Assembly (NCBI RefSeq): GCF_037042905.1 | Contig: NC_087245.1 | Span: 18,230,001 to 18,294,000 of the forward strand | Source: Lytechinus pictus | Taxonomy: Eukaryota | Direction of reading: 5' to 3' | Length of the DNA: 64,000 bases | Translations under genes and position numbers: made by a program | Shown here: piece by piece, positions 1 through 13,310 of the stretch | Layout: every line of letters starts with the position of its first letter | How positions within the stretch are numbered: position 1 is the first letter of the stretch | The notes under the pieces: generated by a model | What the model saw: the letters and a program-made list of their open reading frames with translations, nothing else | Told to the model about the DNA's origin: nothing | The model's database searches: none

Positions 1-670
1 CTCTCCTCTATTTTCTCATCTCCTGTCCGCTTATCCGCCTTCCTACCGGTTATTTGTTTACGGCATCAATCATATTTTTTGTGCATTATATTCTTTCCAG
101 GTTATTTTATATATTTTTTCTCCTTTTATACACATCATTGAATCCAGTTTGCTTGAGGCATGTGTTCTATCTACGTACAGCAGCACCCATCCATCTTCTC
201 AGGGCATTCTCCCCTTTTTTCTTCTCTTTTTCGGGGGGGGGGGGGGTGGGGAAGGGTAGATATTGAGGACGGGTTGTTTTGTCCTTTATCAAACTATATA
301 TTTTTGATAACTTTGTATTTATTTTGTGAGTGTTTCCCTCTCATTTATTCATTTTTTCTCATTTGATTATCTGTATTTATACGTTGTTATTTTGTTATTT
401 GTTGTGTTATCTATTTCTTGAGGGGCCCACATTGTACAAGCATTGCTTTTTAGTGGGTCCCTCCATTTCCATCTTAATTTAATTTCTATTGAAAAATAGT
501 ATACATATTTAAAACCTTCAATGTGTTGCCCAAATTGTCTAAGTGTTTTTTTCACAACAGATGTATCATTAATTTTGTTTACAACGGATACAAAAATTTA
601 TGTTTATATATGGTACACAATTTGTTTTTGTTTGATGGAAGTAAAATAAATAAATTTGAATTGAATTGAA
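1..670 (+). mobile_element. 3' UTR/tail of a CR1/L2-type LINE
   Basis: Stem-loop AGGGGCCCAC...ACAAGC...GTGGGTCCCT (421-462) and tail AATAAATAAATTTGAATTGAATTGAA. Confidence 0.5.
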
Positions 671-671
671 A

Positions 672-961
672 CAGTGGCGTACCTAGAATTTTCCACAGGG
701 GGGGTGCAAAAAAAAAAAAAAAGTATTCAATCACCGTGAAATAAAGAACTTCGTACCTGAAAAAAAAAATTGACAAGCAAAAAAAAAAGGGTCTTCAAGC
801 TCAAGCTCGTCAGGGGGGGGGGGGCAATAAAGGTCTTCAAGCTCGTCAGGGGGGGGGGCAAAAAAGGCCTTTCAATCTCGTCAGGGGGCCAGGATACGTC
901 CTTTGCATGGGTTGTGGCTCGTCAGGGGGGCAGACTGCCCCCCCCCCTTAGATACGCTATA
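672..961. mobile_element. hAT-like MITE (CAGTGGCGTA end)
   Basis: CAGTGGCGTACCTAG...CTTAGATACGCTATAG termini with poly-G/poly-C subtermini; internal AAGCTCGTCAGGGGG repeats. Confidence 0.55.
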
Positions 962-1020
962 GTGACTTTAAGATATTTACTTCTTAATACTACAGCTTCT
1001 AAATAAAAAAAATCACAAAC

Positions 1021-2062
1021 CAGTGGCGGATCCAGGGGGATGGCGCAGGGGGCGCGCTCCCCCCCCCCTAAAAAAATAAAAGAAAAGTAAAAGAAAGAAA
1101 AGGCGCTGCTTGAAAAAATAAAAATAAAGGAAAGAAAAGAAAAGGCGCCGCTTAAAAAAAATATACACTGATATAATATTAGCGACAGTAAAGGAAATAC
1201 TATCCCCCAGCAAAGCACAATAATGTCATATCATCTTCCTTATCTTTTCTTTTAACTACCCTTTTCCCAACAACTTCGCCGGTAAAAAATTATCAGCTGT
1301 GCGCTGCCAGCATATAACTGGCACCAATCAAGAATAATCAGCGCTACCTAAATCTAAATCGGCGCCGGACAAGAATAATCACCGCCATTTGGTTATAAAT
1401 CGGCGCCAAGAAAAATCGACGCTACCTGTGTTCTTAACCGGCGCCAATCAATGATAATCAGCGCCACCTAAATCTAAATCAGGGCCGGACAAGAATAATC
1501 AGCTCCACCTAAATCTAAATCGGGGCCGGGCAAGAATAATCGGCGCCATCTGGTTATAAATCGGCGCTGGTAAAGAAAAATCGGCGCTGCCTGAGTTCTT
1601 AACCGGCGCCGATCAAGGATAATCAGCGCCATTCTAAATCGGGGCTGGTCAAGAATAATCAGCGCCATCTGATTATAAATCGGCGCTGCCTGAGTCTTAA
1701 CCGGCGCCGATCAAGAATAATCAGCTCCACCTAAATCTAAATCGGCGCCGGACAAGAATAATCGGCGCCTCCTGGTTCTAAATCGGCGCCAGTCGATCAT
1801 TTGCCGCTGCCTGAATCTTACGTGACGTCTGGACGTCGGTAAAAATAATCAGCACTACTTGTTCTAAATCGGCGCCGGTCAAGACAAATCGGCGCTGCCT
1901 TTGTCTTAACCGGCGCCACCTAAATTTAAATCGGCGCCGGTCAAGAATAATCAGCGTCCCCTGGTTCCAATAATTAGGCGCCGGTAGAATAATGAAGAAG
2001 GGCCTATTGCCAACCAAATCTAGATCGGCGCCGGTCAAGAATGGTCAGCGGCACCTGGTTAT
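1021..2062 (+). mobile_element. hAT-like non-autonomous element, left part, with internal GGCGCC minisatellite
   Basis: CAGTGGCGGATCCAGGGG end; near-identical shorter copy at 12954-13310. Confidence 0.6.
1315..2062. repeat. Degenerate ~20/40-bp CpG-rich minisatellite (AAATCGGCGCCGGTCAAGAATAATCAGCGCCA)
   Basis: Directly visible tandem units. Confidence 0.85.
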
Positions 2063-2863
2063 ACATTTTATTGTTGAATGGTCATAACAAAGCTTATCAC
2101 ATGCCCTTACAGAGTGGACTGGGGCGGGGGAGTTTCACACAGATGTCATAAAATCTAAACTTTTGTTATTGAAAAATATCCCAGAATCATACAAGTAGAG
2201 CAAATCCTTTAATTTTGATCTTATTTTCCAATGCTTTGATAAAAAAAGGTCAGTCACTTTTCTTCTTTACACATTCCACGTTGTGCCACCTGTATGGCCT
2301 TTAGTGTAAGACAGCTACTAAAGTGTTTTATGAAGATGATTCGATATTTTAGTCCAAAACTTTGCTAAAACCCGTTGCTATTACAGGGAGTGTATAATTA
2401 CGCAACCAGACGTATATTCGTTAGACCTTAAACCACTAAATATCATTTTCAATGTATTAATACAGTTTGTCAATATCTTTGTTTTAACGTTTAAATGTTT
2501 ACGCCACAAAATTTGATTTATTTTCATCTTCCATTAAGTTAAATATTATTCATCTGATCACTCAGGAAGAAGTTAAAAACAAAGATAACGATACCTGTAA
2601 AACAGGAGAACTATTTCCAAAGCTCTGTCTTGAAGGATCTCTTTCTGAATTCAGGTCATAACCATCATATCCAGTTTCATCAAATTAATTAGATAAAATT
2701 ACTCATCATTACAAATTGCATTAGATTTAGTGAAAAGCATCACAATATATACTAAATTCTGTACATGATGTATACATCATGTACATGAAAATTGAATGAT
2801 AATATATAAACCTGGATTGGTGATGTATTCCGAATGATTCATGATGTAGTATCATTGTATATA

Positions 2864-3628
2864 CAGAGGCGTCGATCATATATCGTTTTGCCCACCCCCT
2901 CCTCCCCCAATAATTCCGCATGTACAAAAATAAAATAAGATGGTAATGTTACACAGAAATCAGCAAGCAAGATTGAGCTACACAACTCGTTCTTTGTTTA
3001 AAATCGTGCTCAAATTGTCCGCTTTTCAAATTGCAATATAAAAATTTTCAGCTCGCGCTTCGCGCTCGCACCATTTCTGTAGCAAAACCCCATACTTTTC
3101 ATGATTACATAGGTGAATAGAATGTCCCGTTCTCAGTTCTAAACCTCAAAAGAAGTCCCGCTTCGATTTGCAATAATCTTTTGTTGGATATAATCTTGTT
3201 CTTTTTTAAAAACGTCCATTAAACTCATTTTTTCAGATCGAAATATTAAAATTTTAAGCTCGCGCTTCGCGCTCGCATCTATTGTCTTTTTTAGATACCC
3301 ATCTTAATCATTGGTACCAAAATGCATATAAGATATCAAGCTTTCTGGTCAGAATATAAAGAAATTTCAGCTCGCCCTCGGCACTCGCATTATCTGTGTA
3401 GTGATATATGTATTCTCCTCATGAGTTACTACAAACAGTCTTTAAAAGGCACCTTTTTCCTGTTTTCAGGTCAGTATACTAAAAAATTTCAGCTCGCGCT
3501 AATATATATATATATATATACACATATGAGTGTGTGTGAGTTTGTTTTGTGTGATCGAGCGCCTTTGGAAAGTTGATTCATGATTTTGCCCCCCCCCCCC
3601 AATCTGAAAAAAGGATCGACGCCCCTTT
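2864..3628. mobile_element. hAT-like MITE with GCTCGCGCTTCGCGCTCGC internal repeats
   Basis: CAGAGGCGTCGATC ... GATCGACGCCCCTTTG inverted termini. Confidence 0.55.
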
Positions 3629-5904
3629 GTATATATAGTAAAAAAAACCTTGTATCTCAATTAATATACACAAGTATTTGCCTCATCGCAATAAAAGGGT
3701 TAGTACACGAGATTTTGAAATCGCACATAACATGCATAATTTGTTTGTTTCTTTCTTTAATAAGTTTTTCAATCTCTCTCTATATATGTCTTAGAAAGAT
3801 TATATGTTTATATTCATGTATATTTTCTGTTATAATGATATATGTTTAAGTGGACTTCAGGGAATGTTCGTACGCAGCAAGGGGGAAGGGGGGGGGGGGC
3901 AAATTCCCGATCAGTTGTTGTGAAAACACATTTTTTCCCTTAACATTTCATGAAAACTATGAAAAATGTGCAAATGTGAGATGTGCACCAAATACTTTTA
4001 TTACACTTGTAAAAAAAATAATCGCCCCATTGAGCAGCTCGGTCCGTTTACTCTATCGTTTTTATTTTTTATTTTTTCAAAAATATGTTCGAGTTTCCCC
4101 CCCCCCCCCCGGAAATATTATCTGCGTGTGGTCATGCAAAATGGCATGACTGAAAATCCTACATTTTGAAAAGAGCATTTGACAGGGTCAGACTTTACCC
4201 CTTTTTCAACATTTTCTTTTATGGCGCCGGTGAAGTGCAAAAATAATTATGTGCGCCGCTCGGCAGTGTGCCCCCCCCCTTTCGCCAAAAGCTGGATCCG
4301 CCTATGCAAACTACATGTAAAACTTACACTGCAATGGAATAGTTACTAGCAATTTAATTAACTGGCAAGTTACATGTAGATCTGAACACAATGCTCTTTC
4401 ATAATGGCTGCAAAAATATATTTCATAAATACTGTACTTCAAATGTAATGAGAAAAGGTGCCTTTATTTATCGAAGAGGCTTCATGTACATCATTGGCAA
4501 TATAATTTCCTGGCGGCTACATGTAGCTAGATTATAATGTAGCTGAACAACAAAAATAATTGTACGCATTATCTAGATGTTCATGTAAAGTAAATAAATA
4601 AACTAAAAGTTCCAAGGACAACTGCAAAGATTTTCTTCCAAAATCTGATGCACTGCACGCATCAAAATCCGCATACAAAATTTTTGTGAGCCTGAGATTA
4701 ATCTACTTTTAAAAATCATTAATGATTTTTTTCTGTTTTCCTTATCCCTTTCACAGCTCTGTAATCTGTACAAAGTACATGTACTTCTCAACCCTTTTTG
4801 TCATACTCTCTGACAGTGAAATATGTGAAGAAGACATATATTTACAAGTGCCCACAGTAAAATGTACCGTGATGTGATCCATTCACAAGAATGAGAGTTT
4901 ACATTTATGAGTCTTAATTTTCATTCCCATACTAAGACAAATTACCTCTATGTAATTACATGTGTAGATGAAGAAGAATATAAAATATATCATTCAAACT
5001 TGTATATTAATTATTCCATCTGAATAAAGTGGAAAAACTAGTCTGTATTGTTTTGAAGTTTGAAATTTGGTACATTAGCACCTTCTTTCATATATCATGA
5101 TGGTAACATCATACCCACAGATTTAACCAAGATATGCACATTGAGTGAAATAATTATAGGCCTATGCATGTTACAGTAATTTCCCAACAATGAAATGTCT
5201 ATTTGTAGCCTTAAAAATAATGAACTATCTCAAACTTTCGTATGATACGTGTACATGTATTCATATCACATAGATCTACTGAGTATTACATCAATCCCAT
5301 GTGTACAATGCATGCACACAGCTGATAACACGTGCAAAACGTAAACAACGTTGCACTGTTGTTCGGCGCGGCGAGATTGACAAGTAACTCATGCATATTT
5401 ATGAAGCACTCGTCCGTTGACCTTTGACCTCTGACGTCACCGCAGAGCAACTGGTCTAGACGATTTTTCCTCGGAGTACAGGTTCTCGGTTTTGCGCGCA
5501 CACTCGGCTGGGCGTACGCACGGAATAGAACGTATTATATCGTGGTGCAAATAGATTCGTTTAAAATCGTCTAGAACTAGACTATTGCCTGTCCTGCTCC
5601 ATCGTTTCCTTCATCACCTAGTCCTGATGCAGATCCATGTTCTCCTCAATTCGTGGCTCGGTGTAATCATTTTCATGCTTTTCTCCACCTCGCAGAGGAT
5701 CCGTCGACTTTGGAAAGGAAGATTCCGATGTCTGTGCCTCACGAAAGCAGATACCAGTGATCTTTACAGACTCCGAGAATCGTCTGGTAGCGGAAAAAAG
5801 GACATGACTGCTTGATAAAAAGGGTGCAATAACATTCTTTTGTTAATATGATGCTTAGAGATTAGAACCAATCAACCAACCAACGAATCGATCAATCAAT
5901 AATG

Positions 5905-6310
5905 ATTGTGCTCTTACTTGACTTTTATAAAGTCGGCAGTAGACACCTTTGATCCCTCTGTACCGTTGCTTGGATTATAATCTGACTTCTTGTCCTGTTT
6001 GAAAGGCCTCCTAATTGGTTTGAGTCATATTTCGATGATCGATCATTTAGAGTGTAAATTGTTTACAAATTATCTCATAGAGTTAAATTGTAATATAGTG
6101 TTCCCCAGGGTTCCATATTGGGACCTTTTTTTTCACTGTGTGTTTGAGGAAACTAGGGAAATTCTGAGGCATAGTACTGATGAAGGTCAATTATACCATT
6201 CTTTCTGCAACTGGTTTTCTTAATGCCATTTCTCAGAGGAATATGCTCGAGAAGTTGATGCATGGATGATAAGAAATAACTTTCTCTTGAACTAAAAAAC
6301 AGAACCCCTT
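5905..6310 (+). pseudogene. Decayed CR1/L2 LINE reverse transcriptase fragment
   Basis: Broken translation WFESYFDDRSFRV*...YSVPQGSILGP...DEGQLYHSF...EVDAWMIRNNFLLN*KTE. Confidence 0.8.
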
Positions 6311-7061
6311 TCGATCTTATTTCTTAGACTTGGACACTACCTAGCCATGTTCATTAGTTTGTGATGATATCGTAAGCCTGTAGGTGTTTAACTGGACTCG
6401 TCACTAATGATGTTTAAAATAGGTTAATTCCTTTTGCAAAACGCTTAATCTTTTGTGCAATCACTGACGTACAGATGTGGGCTTGGGGGCCATGGACACC
6501 CCCCCCCCCCATTTCTCAACAAGGAAAAAGGGTAAAAAAGAAAGAAAGGGAAAAGAAAATTTGTGAAACATGATACTATTTTCTGCCTTAATAACTTATG
6601 TCGAAGTGGATCACAACATTACATTTTTGTATTAAAAAGGTTATTTTTTGGCTCGCTTCGCTAACTCTCATCTTTTAATTTTTTTTTCAAAGACAAATAC
6701 GCTATGTCTGAATCCCTCAAGATTGTTTTAGTCACTACGCCACTGTATACAATATATGTAGGGTAAGGATGACGGATGAGGTTTGCCATCTTGTATGCTC
6801 GCTGATGTTAAGCCATCTGGATAATGCTATTTCTCATTTAACATTATATTAGTTTTACGGATATCTATAGGCAGAATACAACGAATTCGAAATCCTGCAG
6901 CTCGTATCATTTCAATAGCCAGAAAGGGTGTCTCCCTTGTTCAAAGAATGGTTACCGGTCCAATAAAGACACCGCAGTGCATTTTAATGATTATTTTCTC
7001 TGTCCGGCTATCAATCTTACTATATTCATTACGTTCTACAATGTTCTAGAACATTTCCCCT

Positions 7062-7087
7062 TTCTTCTTTTTTTCTTTTTCTTTTTT

Positions 7088-7147
<60 letters not shown>

Positions 7148-7195
7148 TTTTTCTTTTTTTCTTTCTTTCTTTCCCTTTCTCTCTTTCTCCCTTTT
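7062..7195. repeat. (TTTC)n microsatellite
   Basis: Direct observation. Confidence 0.95.
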
Positions 7196-8482
7196 TTATT
7201 TTCCGGTTTTTATTATTTTCCCGGTGAAATCTGCCAGGGGGAGCTTGACCCCCCCTGCCCCCACCGCCTGTTACGCCACTGGTGAGGGAGGGGAGAATGA
7301 AATAATCTACAAATGTAAGGCAAGTACCTAAATACACAAAAACACGCACATGCGCAGTGGCGGAACAGGTGGGAGGGCAAGCTCCCCCCCCCCGGCAAAT
7401 TTCACCGGGAAAATAAAGAAAGAAACGGGAAAAGGAGAAAAGGGAGAGAAAGAGGGAAAGGGAAAGGAAGAAGGAAAATGAGGAAAGGGAAAGGGTAAAG
7501 AAAGAGACAGAAAGAAAGAACATAAATAGGGAAAACGGAAGAAAAGAACAAATTAAAAAGTTAATATCTTAAAATACTAATACATTAGCAGGATTAGCAA
7601 GAAAGGGATATGAAATTAAAAGATATAACTCAATGGCACGGGCAAGAATGGTGGGAAAATGGAAGAAAGAGGCAAAAAGAAACGGGAAATGAAGGTAAAG
7701 CCAAAAGCTATATTGGAAAATCAGAATAAAGAAAAGGTACAAGAAAAAAAAAACACAAGAACTTAATAACAAGACTGGGCTGCCGACGATTGAAAAATAT
7801 ATAGAACGGGAAAAAGGTGGATGGCGTCTATTATAATAAGCTTGCTAAATGTTATGCAATAATGGTCACAATCAGGACAAAACATCCTTAGCCACGGGCA
7901 CGTTATATCCCCCTATAACCTAAATGAAGCTAGATTTTACCGTAAAAAACTCTTAATGTTTACTTTGGGGCACATTTGCCCCCAGTGATTTGCGCCCCCC
8001 CCCCCTCCCCGAAATTTTGAAGAAAAAATGTAAATGTAAATGTTGTCATAAGCATCCTACTAACATGACTAAAGCTGCAAAGTGCTCCAAACAGCTTTTT
8101 CGTTCTTTACATTTTGAAAATTTTCTCATCTATTCACTGTTAGCTCCCAACAATTTTTGTCACTAACATAAGTCTTTCAGGTCATTATATGAAATTCAAA
8201 ATTTCGCTAAGTGTTGACAGAGATAACTAAATTATCTGTTCACATGGAGCTTAGAAAATCCAAGGATCAAGTCAATATGCTTCTCGCGATTAGATTTTTC
8301 ATTATTCAATTTATAGCGAGAGCTGCGTATTCATAATTTACATAAATAAAAAATGTTCAGCTCTCACTACGCGCTCGCATCAATTGTTTAATTAAAATAG
8401 CTATATATGTTATATCACAAAAAAGGTTTCTCAATGTGTTGGTATAATTAACCATTTAAAATTTGTTCTCCCTCTTCGCATT

Positions 8483-9572
8483 TTGTTTATGTTATACAAT
8501 GCTTTCATCTTGCCATACATTATGTACTGTAATTCAGTCTGGGCAATGAAACATCCTTCTAAACTAACCAAGTTACATAGACTTCAGAAAAGGGCATTAA
8601 CACTCTGTTCAAACGCTTCTTATCTTGCTCCTTCACAACCTTTATTTAAAAAATTCAATACTTTAAATATTCATGACATCAACAAATTACAAATTGCCTC
8701 ACTGATGCAGCGTTTCTTTTCAGATTCACTGCCTCCTAACCTCCAACTTCTATTCAGTCTTAACAGCTCTATCTACAGTTATAATACACGAAGCTCTGAT
8801 ATGTTCCATCAGTGGAAAGTTTCGTCACATTTGTTACATTGTTCTCTCCGACATGTTGGTCCAAAAATTTGGAATACTTTACCTTCTTCTTTACAGTCTG
8901 TACGTTTTAATAATGCCTTTAAGCATGTTAAGAGGCTCTATAAAAGATATCTTCTCTCTTTTTATGATGCCTAATTGTAAATACGTTTAATTGTTAATAT
9001 CCCTTTCTTTTCTCAGTTTAAATGTCATCAATTATATACATTGCAGAGAGTACTATACCGGTTTTTCTGTGGATTCAATACTCGGACCTTTGTTTGGCGC
9101 TATAATGCGCAGGTGAATCTGTTCACCCGTCGGGAGCGGCTGCATATTTCTATGGTGGTGTGTAGATCGCGCGTTTGGCTGTTGCTACGTCGGGTGTCTT
9201 ATGCTTGACGTATATAGTAGCAGCTTTTATGTGCGTTCTGCATACTGCCTGGTATGTGCATTGGCTCCCGGCGGGTGGATGGAGACACTATGTCCCGCGA
9301 GGCGTTGTTCATTGCAAAGCCTGTATACATGTAATCATGATTGTTGTGCGTTTTGGTGCATCCAATTAATTACGCCTTATTGGCTTATACGGATGCACCC
9401 TTTCCATTCTTTTTAATTATATTTCGTACTTTATTATTTGTATGCTATGTATATTGCATTTCCTATTAGTATCGTTTTAATCAATTCGATATTTCCATTT
9501 TTACTTGTATATATATATATATATATATATGTATTTTTGATGGAAATAAATAAATAAATGAATGAATGAATT
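8483..9572 (+). mobile_element. 5'-truncated CR1-type LINE (ORF2 C-terminus 8483-8974, 3' UTR, tail)
   Basis: LYNAFILPYIMYCNSVWA...LQKRAL...YNTRSS...GPKIWNTLP; AATAAATAAATAAATGAATGAATG tail. Confidence 0.85.
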
Positions 9573-10304
9573 AATTTATTTGCAAAGATATCATCTTCAT
9601 GACCCAATGCAAACACCTAGTCCTTAACAAGTCCCTTTTCAAGTCAGTAGGGTCTACTTTAAAAAAAAATAGCTCGCACTTCTCGCTCGATTTTGTTAAA
9701 TAGGCAAAATATTTGTGCGTTGCCCCAAAAATATTCTTTTGCCTCCCCCTAGGTTAAAAATCCTTGTGGCGCCATTACCCAGGACCCGATCAACATAGCA
9801 CTGGCCCCCAAAAGTTCTACAACCGAGAACAAAAAAGAGAAGATGAAGGAAAAGGAAAGGAAGATGTAAGACATGATGTTATTTTCTGAATACCATGTCA
9901 AAATCAATCTTAAAGTTAGATTCTCATGAAAAGGTGATTTTTTTTTCTCGCTCGCTTCGCTCGCTCGAAACTTATATTAAGCAATTTTTTTTTTGCCGCG
10001 CGCGCCATGTTGTGCCCCCTCTTTTTTGTACTTATCACACATTGAGCTTCGCCCTAATGCTCGGGCACAATCATAAAAAATCCTGTTCATACCATGATAT
10101 GACCGGGAAATTTTTTGCTCTTCCCCCCTCCCTCCTGGCCACCCACCCCTGTTACGCCCGTGCACATGCGCATTAATGCACATGAGCTACTAAGAGAGGT
10201 AATAATAAACATGATAAATTAAAATATACATTAAAAACTACATACAATATTATAGGCAAGACAGAGAAACATATACAAAAACATACAAAACACGTACAGT
10301 TCAA

Positions 10305-11200
10305 TTAAAGGGCAAGTCCTCCCCAACAAAAAGTTGATTTGAATAAAAAGAGAAAAATCCAACAATATATTGCGCACATATCCACCTCGTTAGGTGCTCA
10401 AGACGCTCCTATATTACCCGGCTAAGCTAGGCGTTCATTGCGCACACAGCTTTTTAAGGAATTACTTCCTACCGGTACCCATTTACCTCACCTGGGCTGA
10501 GTGCAGCACATTGTGGATCAGTTCTTGCCGAAGTAAATTACGCCATGGCTGGGATTCGAACCCACGACCCTCTGTTTCAAAGTCCGAAGACTAATCCACT
10601 GGGCCACAACGCTCCACAAGTATAACACTGAAAATTCCATCAAAATTGGATGTAAAATAAGAAAGTTATGACATTTAAAGTTTCGCTTAATTTCATAAAA
10701 CAGTTATATGCACATCCTGGCTGGTATGCAAATGAGGAGACTATGACGTCATCCACTCACTATTTGTTTTGTATTTTATTATATGAAATATTCTAATTTT
10801 CTCCTAATTGTCAAGTGATACGATTAATTCCTCCCTGAACATGTGGAATTAGCATTGTTTAATACTATATGGTTCAGTCAAGTTAGTCCTTATTGTCAAA
10901 TATGTAAAAAATGAAATATTGTATAATTCAAACAATAAAATACAAAAGAAATATAGTGAGTGATGGACATCATCGACTGACTCACCTAGTTGTGCATATC
11001 ACTGTTATGTGAAAAATAAGCGAAGGTTTAAAATGTCATTACTTTCTTATTTAAACCTTAAACGCTTAAAATAAGCGAAGGTTTAAAATGTCATTACTTT
11101 CTTATTTTACATCCGATTTTGATGAAATTTTCAGTTCTATGCTACTTGATTTTTCTATATTTATTCAAGTCAGAATTTTCCTGGGGGACTTGACCTTTAA
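10305..11200. mobile_element. TTAA-flanked Kolobok-like MITE (family A) containing a SINE
   Basis: TTAA-AGGGCAAGTCC...GGACTTGACCT-TTAA; long imperfect inverted arms; related copies at 21133, 31637 and 32242. Confidence 0.75.
10366..10617 (-). mobile_element. tRNA-derived SINE
   Basis: A box TGGCCCAGTGG and B box GGTTCGAATCC on the minus strand; near-identical to 44216-44499. Confidence 0.88.
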
Positions 11201-11221
11201 CAAGTTGTATAAAAAAGCAAT

Positions 11222-11572
11222 TTACAGTACATATCCTGCCAGCAAGGAGGACTTGTTCTTCACCTTAAATGTGGATAATTTACCGGTAGATGCAATATCA
11301 GAATTTATGACATACCAAATACGGGGGCCACTGTGACGAATAGAATTCAAACTAAGTTGGGTTTTTCTATAAAAAATAGTGGAAATTTCTGAGAGGATTG
11401 GGTATTATAAGCTGCAAACAGTCCAAGGATATTCATAGGGAGTAAAGTATTCAATTTGCGGGACATTGGGATAGCAGTTTGCAATTTGTGAATATCATAG
11501 ACAGTAGGTGTCATAAAAAATGATTGAAAATTGGAAGAGATGGGGCTTGATAGTGGGAGAAGATTGAATGTT
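11222..11572 (-). pseudogene. Decayed CR1-type ORF2 C-terminal fragment
   Basis: Broken translation HYQAPSLPIF...TVYDIHKLQTA...YNTQSS...SIRHSGPRIW...STFK, similar to the 8483-8974 ORF. Confidence 0.72.
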
Positions 11573-12953
11573 TCTGATTATCACACACAGATACACACTG
11601 TGTTCACATTATCCCCCGCTTCACGGGACATCACCCGGATGCTTTGTGTGTGGCTGTGTGATTGTTCCAGTCATTCAAAAAAAAAAGATTATTTCATAGT
11701 TTCTTTGTGATTCAGCCAATCACTTAAACATGCCTGTGAAGGACATGTGTGATAACGTGGGAAGTTTGTTTAAACCCATCTCATTTTCATTGGTCTTTCT
11801 TTTGCCATTTTGTGACTTTGGGTTCTGAAACCAATTGATGTGAGGGGCTATAGCCTTTCTGTGATTAAAGAATCTCTTAAATATTGACATGTGCTTAATA
11901 AAGATCATTGAAACTAGCATGTGAAATATATTGTTCATTTTTTTATTGAGTTGAATTTGTGCAGTACCCCTTATAAAAGTTTGATCAGTTTCTTTTGGAT
12001 CCCATAAGTCCCCATCTCAAGCATGGAATGGACTGACAATTTTGAAGGTATAATCTTTGTATCCAATAATCACACTTAAAAGGTAAGTACTCAAATTTGT
12101 ATTTTAAGAGAGGACACTAGATGCTAAATACAGGTAAGCAGGAAAATTATAATCACGACAGTGAATGAGATGAACATAGACATGAGCTTGAGATGATTTG
12201 AATTCACATTACCTTTCATTTCAAATTTTTTTGGCCCACATATGAATCAAATGAAAATTACAGGCATATGTCATGAATATGATATTGGGAACAAAGGCTT
12301 CCGAAATTCTAATAAAAAGAAGAATAAGGCGACGAGAGTATGCCTTTTAAAAGTCTTTAAGTTGAAAACGAAGAATAAAATGGAAGTAGTTGAAAATAGC
12401 GAGTGTGAGAACAGAGAGCATATGAACAAAACAATTCATGAGGCGTAGCCATAGAAACATCTACGTTAACTCTGGCAGGATTCTGTCAACGTTTTTAAAG
12501 ATATAAAAATCTAGGAAAGGAAATTTTACTATTGTCATTGAATATTCACATTCAACACTTTTATCCGCTCAACTATAAACAAGATCAAGGGAATAAATCT
12601 CCGTGTTGTAAAGCAAAGTGTCCTTTTTCGCTTGTACAGTACAGAAGATACAATCAGTCACAATGTTATCAAACCACAAACTAGTTGATGATTTTCGGAG
12701 AATTATATTTCTGCTTTCATGTTACAAATAGATAAGACCCTAACCCCCAAGAGAGAAAGAGAGAGGGGGAGAGGGAAAGAGAAAAAGGATCATCGATGGG
12801 GAGGGGAAGGTAAAGAGAAAAAAAGAAGGAAAGCAAAAGTTAAAAAAAATATAATTCCTGTATCTAAAGTATATATCTCTAACATTTGAAAAGGAAATGG
12901 ATTTATAATGTCTATATAATCCGACGTCGTTATCTGAATTATAGAACAGTAAT

Positions 12954-13310
12954 CAGTGGCGGATCCAGGGGGCACAGGGGGCGCACGCCTCCCCTAATAT
13001 TTGAGCGGCGCCTTTTTTTGGCGCTGCTCCAAAAAAAATAAAAGAAAAGTAAAAGAAAGAAAAGGCGCCGCTTAAAAATAAAAATAAAGGAAAGAAAAGA
13101 AAAGGCGCCGCTTAAAAAAAAATACACTGATATAATATTAGCAACAGTAAAGGAAAGACTATCCCCCAGCAAAGCACAATCATATCATCTTCCTTATCTT
13201 TTCTTTTAACTACCCTTTTCCCAACAACTTCGCCGGTTAAAAATAATCAGCAGTGCGCTGCCTGCATATAACTGGCGCCAATCAAGAATAATAAGCGCCA
13301 CCTAAATTCA
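12954..13310 (+). mobile_element. Truncated second copy of the hAT-like element at 1021
   Basis: Near-identical to about 1021-1360; breaks off at the start of the minisatellite. Confidence 0.75.

Noticed and set aside
6174..6205. CTGATGA hammerhead-like start (also at about 27191 and 47964)
   Set aside because: No stem II followed by GAAA and no stem I pairing; the first lies within a decayed RT
6977..7523. Lys/Glu/Arg-rich and Phe/Leu/Ser-rich ORFs (also 59050-59604)
   Set aside because: Translations of (TTTC)n microsatellites
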